Assembly: GCF_001194135.2 (NCBI RefSeq)
Contig: NC_068997.1
Coordinates: 55,611,534 to 55,675,533 of the forward strand
From: Octopus bimaculoides
Taxonomy: Eukaryota
Reading direction: 5' to 3'
Length of the DNA: 64,000 bases
Shown here: positions 53,908-64,000 of the stretch, one piece after another
Layout of the letters: each line of letters starts with the position of its first letter
Position numbering within the stretch: the first letter of the stretch is position 1
The notes under the pieces: model-generated
Seen by the model: the letters and a program-made list of their open reading frames with translations, nothing else
Told to the model about the DNA's origin: nothing
Database searches by the model: none
Made by a program: the position numbers and the translations under genes

Positions 53908-55435
53908 CACACATACACACACATGTATATATATATGGCTGGCTTCTTCCAGTTTCTTCTACCAAGTCAAATCACAAGGGTTTGGTTGGCCTGGGGCTAT
54001 AGTTGAGGGCACTTGTCCAAGGTGCCATGCAGTAGGGCTGAATCAAGAACCATGTGGTTGGAAGGTAAACTTCTTACCACGTACCTATCACTCTCTCTTT
54101 CTTCCTTCTCCTCTCTCTCTAAATTGTAATTTAACTTCTATGAAATGAATTCTAATTTTCAAGATAAAAATATTTATTGCCTTAAAATAAAAATGTGTGT
54201 GAGAGTGAGAATATATCTATATATGTGTATGTATGCATGTTTATATATGTGTGTGTTTGTTGATATGAATACACACACATCACACATACATTCTTGTGGT
54301 TGTGCCTGAATTTATTCTTCTTTCATCTATACAAACATATTTCTCTGTTTACATTGATATGAACACACATTTATTCCTCTATAAAACTTGTCATAATTTT
54401 ACAATTTGATCTGTTTAAATATCACTACAATTGATGATTCTTGTCTTTATTACACAATTTTTATTGTTTTTCAAATAATTTTTCACATATGATATGCTTT
54501 AATTTCTTCCACAATATGTTTATAACTGACTGCCTCCCTTACTCTAACTATCTCCACAACCAGCCACTCTCTCTCTTATTTTCTTCTCTTTCCTCCCCCT
54601 TTCACTTTTTCCTTCATTCTCCCTTTTCTTTCTCCCTCTATATTGCTTTGCAATGTGTATTTCTACTCTACATTTCATGTTTTATTATAATATTCTAAAC
54701 CATTCTACTTACATTCCTCTCCCTCTCTCTCTAACCACACTGTCATTTACTCCATTCCTTCTCCTCCTATGTCATTATGATTCCTTCTCCCTCACTGTCC
54801 ATGTGTGTGTGTGTCTGTGTGAAGCATTCTTTATTCATTGCCTGTCATTGAGACTCATTTGGCACCTCTTATGTTAACTTTCTCTGTATCTATCCTTTAC
54901 AATCCTGATAGTGCAAGCATTATGTTTACACTATCAGGACTTTAACTCACATCAATGTATACAGGATTGCACCTAAGGACTTATGGACTTATTTCTACAA
55001 GATTGGAAAGTTGAACGGTGAACTGTTATGCTTCTTTTTCCTTCTCTTTCTTCATCTCCTTATTCCTATTCTCTATGTTGTCATTTCATTAACCTACACC
55101 CTTCTCATTTTCCCTCTTTGTTTCCAATGACAGAATATCCCATACTCTGGGATATCCCAGAAACAGCTGTAAGACTTTGAATTTTTTTCCAATAATAATA
55201 ATGAATATGATTTCAGATGTTTGCCTTGCCTTAACGTTTGTTGGCCTCTTTAACAATTATATATCCGCTATATCGGAAATCTGCAATGGCTCCATAACTA
55301 CCATCTTGGCTATAACCTTGGAGCCATAATAATCCGTTACAGCACTTAACTAGCATACCTAGTCATTCAGATCACCTGTGAACTAAACCACCACATTTTG
55401 TATACATATACATATCTATACATATATATTTATTT

Positions 55436-56155
55436 GAGAATGGAGGAGGATAGCTGCGTGAAAAAGTGCCACACCCTAACAGTTGAGGGAACCCGTGGAA
55501 GAGGTAGGCCCAGGAAGACCTGGGCTGAGGTGGTGAGGCAAGACCTTCGTACATTGGGCCTCACCGAGGCGATGACTACGGACCGAGACCTTTGGAAATG
55601 GGCTGTGCGTGAGAAGACCCGGCAAGCCAAGTAAGATCGTTGCCAGTGCCCCTGGACTGGTTCTTGTGCGGGTGGCACATGAGATGCACCATTTTGAGCG
55701 TGGCCGTTGCCAGTACCGCCTGACTGGCTCCTGTAGGATTTTCGAGCGAGATCGTTGCCAGTGCCCCTGGACTGGCTTGTGCGGGTGGCACNNNNNNNNN
55801 NNNNNNNNNNNNNNNNNNNNNNNNNNNNNNNNNNNNNNNNNNNNNNNNNNNNNNNNNNNNNNNNNNNNNNNNNNNNNNNNNNNNNNNNNNNNNNNNNNNN
55901 NNNNNNNNNNNNNNNNNNNNNNNNNNNNNNNNNNNNNNNNNNNNNNNNNNNNNNNNNNNNNNNNNNNNNNNNNNNNNNNNNNNNNNNNNNNNNCTGAGTG
56001 GTTGGCGTTAGGAAGGGCATCCAGCTGTAGAAACTCTGCCAAATCAGACTGGAGCCTGGTGTTGCCATCCGGTTTCACCAGTCCTCAGTCAAATCGTCCA
56101 ACCCATGCTAGCATGGAAAGCGGACGTTAAACGATGATGATGATGATGATGATGA
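55436..56155 (+). mobile_element. 5'-truncated RTE-clade LINE: ORF C-terminus, 3' UTR and (GAT)n tail
   Basis: RMEEDSCVKKCHTLTVEGTRGRGRPRKTWAEVVRQDLRTLGLTEAMTTDRDLWKWAVREKTRQAK* (GRGRPRKTW motif); GC-rich; gap 55792-55993; inserted in a TA/CA tract. Confidence 0.9.
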
Positions 56156-56399
56156 CACATACATATCTATGTATATATATATGTGTATGTGTGTGTGTAT
56201 GTATGTACATACATATATACATATATATGTATGTAAACACAAACATATATATATATATATAATCACACGCTCTAAATTTCTTCCCCATCCCTCTATCACC
56301 CCACCCTCCACCCCACACACCTATTTTCTAACTCTGTTCCTCTATTCTGCTTCCTTCTTCATCTTACTTACTTCCCCCAACCACCACCCCACCTCTTTC

Positions 56400-56447
<48 letters not shown>

Positions 56448-56573
56448 TTTCTCTTCCTTTCTCTCTCTCTCTCTCTTCCAACAGAATTCCTGTGCTTTAC
56501 AATACTGGCAATTTTACTACATTGCCTGCTGCTAATTAAGAAACCAACAGAAACAGACATGCTTGCATTGTAT

Positions 56574-56616
<43 letters not shown>

Positions 56617-57464
56617 TATNNNNNNNNNNNNNNNNNNNNNNNNNNNNNNNNNNNNNNNNNNNNNNNNNNNNNNNNNNNNNNNNNNNNNNNNNNNNNNNNN
56701 NNNNNNNNNNNNNNNNNNNNNNNNNNNNNNNNNNNNNNNNNNNNNNNNNNNNNNNNNNNNNNNNNNNNNNNNNNNNNNNNNNNNNNNNNNNNNNNNNNNN
56801 NNNNNNNNNNNNNNNNNNNNNNNNNNNNNNNNNNNNNNNNNNNNNNNNNNNNNNNNNNNNNNNNNNNNNNNNNNNNNNNNNNNNNNNNNNNNNNNNNNNN
56901 NNNNNNNNNNNNNNNNNNNNNNNNNNNNNNNNNNNNNNNNNNNNNNNNNNNNNNNNNNNNNNNNNNNNNNNNNNNNNNNNNNNNNNNNNNNNNNNNNNNN
57001 NNNNNNNNNNNNNNNNNNNNNNNNNNNNNNNNNNNNNNNNNNNNNNNNNNNNNNNNNNNNNNNNNNNNNNNNNNNNNNNNNNNNNNNNNNNNNNNNNNNN
57101 NNNNNNNNNNNNNNNNNNNNNNNNNNNNNNNNNNNNNNNNNNNNNNNNNNNNNNNNNNNNNNNNNNNNNNNNNNNNNNNNNNNNNNNNNNNNNNNNNNNN
57201 NNNNNNNNNNNNNNNNNNNNNNNNNNNNNNNNNNNNNNNNNNNNNNNNNNNNNNNNNNNNNNNNNNNNNNNNNNNNNNNNNNNNNNNNNNNNNNNNNNNN
57301 NNNNNNNNNNNNNNNNNNNNNNNNNNNNNNNNNNNNNNNNNNNNNNNNNNNNNNNNNNNNNNNNNNNNNNNNNNNNNNNNNNNNNNNNNNNNNNNNNNNN
57401 NNNNNNNNNNNNNNNNNNNNNNNNNNNNNNNNNNNTATATATATATATATATATATATATGTAT

Positions 57465-57740
57465 GACTGAGACCCTTGGTGACATGCTGTGTTTGAAAAG
57501 ACGACCCATCAAGCCAAGTGAAATCGCAGTTAGGTCAAGCAACTGGCACCCATGCTGGTGGTGTGTAAAATCCCCCATTACACACTTGGAGTGGTTGGCA
57601 TTAGGAAGGGCATCCATCCGTAGATACCATGCCAAATCAGACTGGAGTCTGGTGCAGCCCCTCTGCTTACCAGCCCTCGTCAAACTGTCCAACCCATGCT
57701 AGCATAGACGTTAAATGATGATGATGATGATGATGATGAT
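57465..57740 (+). mobile_element. Older RTE LINE 3' end with (GAT)n tail
   Basis: Aligns to 55581-55640 and 55994-56155. Confidence 0.8.
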
Positions 57741-59162
57741 ATGGTGGTGCTAAGATAGGTGATAAATTAACATGAGTGTAGAAATCTGGAATTTGATAAA
57801 GCTAGCAAAAGTCCAAGTTAGCAATAATTAGAGAGTTTGTAGAAATGGTTGTTATGTTCAGTTGCTATTAAGATTGAAGACATTTCCAGTTGTCATTTTC
57901 TAAGAGAGACACAGAGAGGTGGGGGGGGGGAGATAGGGAAAATGTTATTGCTTTGGCTGCAAGAAAATGGCTGTTAGTTTTGATAAAATTAGAAATTAAA
58001 ATTGAGTTGATCAGTTCTTAGCTCTACTAAAGTGTCCAGCTATTAAATCTCTGTCCTTGATTACATAACTCGCTTCCAGGAAAACAAGAATGACCAATTT
58101 ACTTCCAGTCTGTGAATGTCGTGGGAAGCTACAGTGAAATGAACTGAACTTTGAAATACATAAAACCGTTCAGAAATTAAATAATAAAACACAATTATAA
58201 AATCATTACTGTTCACTGTTTACATATCCTTGCTAATCCTGAAGAGGGAATAAATTAATTAAATTGGCTACAATGATTCGGGTGGTGTCATAATAAAGTG
58301 ATAGTGACAAGGCTCTTGGGGCAAGATACCGTTGTTAAATCTGCTTTCGATGCCAATAGAGGTGATACACAATTAGAAAATCTTACAATATATACATGAT
58401 AAAAGCCACTTGCAATTAAACCTTCTCTAGAGATCATTCTTAATAGTTGTGTGTTTATCTTTATTCTCACTAAACAGCAAAAAGTAAATAAATCTACAGT
58501 CACTTGACCAAATATTCTTAATCAAATATACTTAACATGCAGATAATTCTTGCCTATAGCATATATGAATGCTTAATGCAGATTTCCCTACAGATATAGG
58601 TGTATGGGAATGCTACTTTCACAAACAGGCACAATTTATTGCTATTAAAATCAAGACATTCAAACTATTTGCTGTAATTGCAACTTACAACCATTCCACC
58701 AGATGTGGTATTAATGATAATGCAAACCTATCCAAAATTATTCAATTACTGCTTGATGAATTCAAGACTATTCCAGTCTGAATTGATAGAAATGTAAATC
58801 TCTCTAACATAAACTGAAACAATCATATGTACACAGAATATCAGTAATATGGAAGCTGTTCTATGATTTTCAGAGAGGAAGATAAGTTCCTTTCCTGGAC
58901 ACTATTAAATTCCCATTAAAGGGAAGGACATAATTAATATTTATTTATAAACTATTGATTTTTATCTCTTGGTGCATGCTTGGCAATATACTGAAGTAGT
59001 TCATTTTAGAATATTATGCTTCCAGGTTCAAGTCCACAACAAATTTACTGTGGCAAGCGTCATCTTTCATGGCTTGGGGCTGACAATTATTTTGTGAATG
59101 GAATTTGATAGAAACAAGGCAGAAATTAAGTGTACGTATGCATGCATATATGTATGTATACA

Positions 59163-59205
59163 TATCTATCTATCTATCTATCTATCTTTCTATCTACCTA
59201 TCTAC

Positions 59206-59247
<42 letters not shown>

Positions 59248-59269
59248 ATCTTTCTATCTATCTTTCTAT
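59163..59269. repeat. (TATC)n microsatellite
   Basis: Direct read. Confidence 0.95.
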
Positions 59270-61771
59270 CAGCATTTCACTGTTGGTTGTTTTATTAATC
59301 TTGGAAGGAAGGCGTAGCTGGCCAAAGCAAAATTTGAAACTGGAAAATAAATAGACCTGACCAAATATCCCAAGATATTCTATTCAATGCTTTACCAATT
59401 TCACCATGTACTGTTCTTAATTATTTAGTCTTGAACTGATTTGTTGTAAATTTCTGTGGAAAATTTGTAACAAATTCTTGTAGTATCCATTTGATCAGTT
59501 TGGAATGGTGAGAAAAAGGAAATAACTTCAACACAAGATTAAACAGAAAGAAAAAAATAAAAAATAAAAATTATTAATTTATTGTTTAGCAACCTTTCCA
59601 ACTCTTGAGCTCACAAGGGAAAATGTATCAATTTTCTGGTAATCTCTTGGCAAACATTGTTGAAATTTATACAGGAGGTTAATCAATCATTTATTTGATA
59701 ATGAAATTGTCTGTCTAAGTATGTATAGCCATCTGTAGAACACAGAGGATCAATTAAACTTAGAAGCTACTATTCTCAACACTAACCAGCATTATACATC
59801 ACAAACAAAATCATTATAGAGTTTTTGCTCAGAACAAACAGCTGGATATATTTGAAATTATATTAACATGATGTATCCTAAATCGTTTACCTTTGACTCC
59901 AAAAGTACTTGATGTAAACAGTATCTTTCTTGTCTATTTAGAATATATCAATATGTAACACTCTGTCTACTGGCCCAGGTATTGAATTTCAAAATTTGGT
60001 CAATTAAAGTACAGGAAAAAGAATTATTCTTTATGGGCCTACTTAGAAGAAAGTAAAACAGTGTCTATGACCTTTTCCAGGGCTTCTGAAGCTGGAAAGA
60101 CTCTGCTAAAGTTCCCTAGTGATGTTAAAAACTCAGATTCAAGACAGGAGACTCAAGATTCAAGACAGGAGACTCTGCTAAAAGTACTTAGTTATGTTAA
60201 ACCAGATTATAGTTTTAAAATGCCATTCATGAACAAGTGTTATTTATACAACTAGCGTCCATAAAGTTTCTATCTGCCCAAGTTACTATCAGCCTGAGTG
60301 TATACCAGATGACATTCTCCCAAAATACTATGTGGTTAGCTCAGTCCTAGAACCGAATGATTGCAATGCATAATCTTTAACCACAGTAATGCCTTGGACC
60401 ATTAAATATTAAAATATGAAATTATAAAAATGAAAATGAGAGAGAGCTGAAGTAAACACAAGGATATTGTTTTTGTTTCTTTCCTTGCCAGTTGTGTTAA
60501 GCATAACAACAACCATGCTTCATCTGTTAATTATAAGGTTTGTAACTTTTCAAACTATTAAAACCAAGAGTACCTGAAATACTAGCAGATGCTAGAGTTT
60601 ACATCCTGATCCACCTATTAAATGCAAGTGATGCCAACAAGATTCATTTAGGATACTCAGCTTTTGTTTAGTTTGTGAGATGCCAGTATCAGTGGATTAA
60701 CTTGATCCCAGTATATGACTGGTGTTCTATTTCACTGACACTAGCAGGCTGAAAAGCAAGGCTGACCTCAGAACAATGAAGACTGGAACTAAATCCTGCC
60801 ACACATTTTGTCCAATGATTTGCCTTTCTTTATGATTCCTGCTTCTTGATATTATAGAAGAATAAGTTTTAAGATAACCAATTTACTGAGTTTGAGTTCA
60901 AATATGCTGCAAAATTTCTCTTTGAGTCTTTGAAATTGTTAATTCAGTATTCCTTAATTAACATTGTTGTCAACAGGAAGGAATAATTAGCAAGATTTCT
61001 GAAAATGTTATATTGATAGACGGACATTCTATGCAAATGGAAAATATATTTGCCATCTACTTAACACCATGAAACTAAGCACTGGCCCAAACTATCTCCA
61101 TGGACTCTTCAACATATCAACTTCTATTTTCAGATGATTTATAGATGTGAATAATGTATTAAGCTTTCATACTGGGTCGATGGATGTTTCGCTGTTCTTT
61201 ATATGAGTCTATATCTTTATATTCTAAAATTACAGATTTGTGTTGGAAGAAATNNNNNNNNNNNNNNNNNNNNNNNNNNNNNNNNNNNNNNNNNNNNNNN
61301 NNNNNNNNNNNNNNNNNNNNNNNNNNNNNNNNNNNNNNNNNNNNNNNNNNNNNNNNNNNNNNNNNNNNNNNNNNNNNNNNNNNNNNNNNNNNNNNNNNNN
61401 NNNNNNNNNNNNNNNNNNNNNNNNNNNNNNNNNNNNNNNNNNNNNNNNNNNNNNNNNNNNNNNNNNNNNNNNNNNNNNNNNNNNNNNNNNNNNNNNNNNN
61501 NNNNNNNNNNNNNNNNNNNNNNNNNNNNNNNNNNNNNNNNNNNNNNNNNNNNNNNNNNNNNNNNNNNNNNNNNNNNNNNNNNNNNNNNNNNNNNNNNNNN
61601 NNNNNNNNNNNNNNNNNNNNNNNNNNNNNNNNNNNNTATATGCAGACACTTGCACACTGACGTACATATATAAATACACAGATATATAGGCATGCAGACT
61701 CACAAACCTGCGCACATAGATATGCTCCTATACTCAAATGTACATCCACAAGCAAATATACAAGTATATAG

Positions 61772-61818
<47 letters not shown>

Positions 61819-62719
61819 CACACATGTACACATGCACAAACATGTACACTAATATATACACATAATACACATATACATACATGCACATTTATATATATGC
61901 ATTCACTTAATATGGCTGAGTTTTTAAGATTGTAGACAAGAACTATGAAAGAATTTGGTGTGGCTCAATTCCACTGAGTTGTGTGATAAATTGATGTAAT
62001 TAGCAAAATAATTAACTAGTATGAGGCATGTGGCTTTGCAGTTTAGGTGTTGCACTCATTATTATAACACTGTGGTTTCAATTCCTGGACTGGGTGATGC
62101 ATTGTGTTCTTAAGCAACACACTTCATTTCACTATGCTCCCACTCTGCTCAACTGGCAAAAATGAGTAATAATCCTGTGAAGAACTGGCATCCAATCCAG
62201 GAGTGAAATGTATACACCACAGAATTCAAGAAACTAGCCTTATGAGCCTATTGCATAGAAAGGACCTTTGATCCCTTTGAAGTGATTCATAGAAATGGCA
62301 GGTGAGATGTATCATAAATTATATTTAAGTAAATTAAGTACCAGCTGCATTATTGGGTTGATAATGGTAGATCAAACATCATCAGTCTCATAATACTGTT
62401 GGCTCAACAAAAATGATGACTTGTCATTATATATATAAGGTAGTTGAAATTTATAGAAAAACAAATGACAAAGACAAATGTATGAACAACAAACAGGTGT
62501 AGGAGTTTGATGCTTGGGAAAATGAACAAGTCTTTATGTTTCGAGCTTATGCTCTTCAACAGAAAGGAATAAGAGGGAATAAATAGAGAGGTGATATGCA
62601 GTGGGATTGAACCCAAAACCATGTAGCTGTAAAGAGGATTTCTTAACAATGCAACCAGGCTTGTACACACACACACACACAGCTATAACTAGCACTCTGT
62701 CGGTTATGGTTACAAGTGT

Positions 62720-62995
62720 TTCACTTGACCCAACCAACAGAAGAGCTTACTCATAAAATTCATGTGCAAGTGGCTGACACATAATCTTAACTTAGTTTTC
62801 AGGGAGATTCAGTCTGACACAGAACATGACGAGGCTGGCCCTCCCTTGAAATACAGGTACTACTCATTTTTACCAGCTGAGTGGACTGGGGCAATATGAA
62901 ATAAAACCTTGCTCAAAGACACAGTGTGCCACCAGGTATCGAGGTCATGAGCTTATGATCATGAGACAAATACCAGAACCACTTAGCCACACCTC
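62720..62995 (-). mobile_element. tRNA-derived SINE (family of 42415-42718)
   Basis: Shared catgtgcaagtggctga...agggagattcag...gtggactgg...ccacttagcc. Confidence 0.75.
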
Positions 62996-63215
62996 ATTCA
63001 CATGCATAGCTGCACTTAATACACAAATACTTATAAAAATACACCCATGAAATTCTGAAAGATAAAATGAGATCTGGCGATCTGAGAATTTCAGCTCTTG
63101 CATTTGCACTTCTAATAAATATACATTGTGTGTATGTATGTATGTAATCGTGTTTGTGCATGCTGGAGAGGGCCTAGATGTGTGTGTGTGTGTATGTATT
63201 TGCAGACATACATAC

Positions 63216-63257
<42 letters not shown>

Positions 63258-64000
63258 ATATACACTTGACAGAGAGAAATCCCAAAAGCTAGGTTTGCAG
63301 TGACAGAGATAAAACGGAATGATTATGATTAAAGGATTACGTGCACATGCGTATGCGTGTGTGCACGTGTGCGTGCATGTGTGTGAGGGTATATGTGTGT
63401 GTGTGCATGTGTGTGTGTGTGAAGGTATATGTGTGTGTGTGGTGGGGGTAGGAAATATCAGAAAGAAACTCTGTGAAGTACTCTGCTTCATTCATCCTAG
63501 TTGCAGAGGTGAACGATGGTACCAAGTAAGGTTTAAATATAATTAAACCATATCAAACAAACAAACAAAAAAAGGAAAAGGAAAAGGAAAAGAAAAGCAA
63601 GAGAAATAGAAAGAAGAAGAAAACAAAAGTGAAAAAAAAAGAAAACGGAGAAGAAGCCAGCTGCTTGTAGATGAATTAATGGACAGCTGATGAAGACCCA
63701 ACTAGTGAACCAAGCAAATGGACATAAATCTGGTTGGAGCGGGGGAGATGATAAAATTTTATAGCCAATTAGCACTGAAAACATATGAGATCAGAGAATT
63801 ACAGATGTTATAGAATCCCATATCAGGCAACTATTTCGATGAATAAACAGTTTGGAAGTAATATTTCAGAAGGCCATAAATAGGGGTTTTTAAATTACAA
63901 AGCAGCTTTCTGTGGAATATCATAAAACACAACTAATAAGGAGAATGTATGCAGAAAATACAACTAATTCATGTATATATATATATATATATATATATAT

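Noticed and set aside
56169-57702. 380-430-aa ORFs
   Set aside because: Span the 816-N gap and microsatellites
58689-58777. Minus-strand segment with strong acceptor and GTAAGT donor
   Set aside because: Stops in all three frames; could only be a non-coding exon, with no evidence for that

Overview
AT-rich eukaryotic genomic scaffold, with nine N gaps totalling about 3 kb. Its repeat landscape (dense (TA)n/(CA)n/(GA)n/(GAT)n/(TATC)n microsatellites, tRNA-headed SINEs, RTE 3' ends finishing '...ggacgttaaacgatgatgat') looks to me like an Octopus/coleoid cephalopod genome; that assignment is inference, not a search result. I found no prokaryotic features, rRNA, true tRNA or CRISPR. Nearly all ORFs in the supplied track are microsatellite or gap artefacts. 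Recognisable protein-coding relics are all transposon-derived: a young and an old Tx1/L1-clade LINE, several RTE LINE 3' ends, and a mariner DD34D transposase. No host gene can be named. The best host-exon candidate is a 77-nt minus-strand exon (46208-46284) that has a decayed duplicate at 39536-39602, so much of the window may be intronic. The most unusual structures are (i) three near-perfect fold-back palindromes at 14.3, 24.4 and 27.5 kb, one flanked by a 13-bp direct repeat; (ii) a TSD-flanked chimeric retro-insertion at 17.5-17.9 kb carrying an inverted mini-copy, a SINE with a decayed Penelope-type hammerhead motif and an RTE tail; and (iii) the duplicated exon cassette. Splice-site-only exon calls are weak because equally good candidates occur on both strands.
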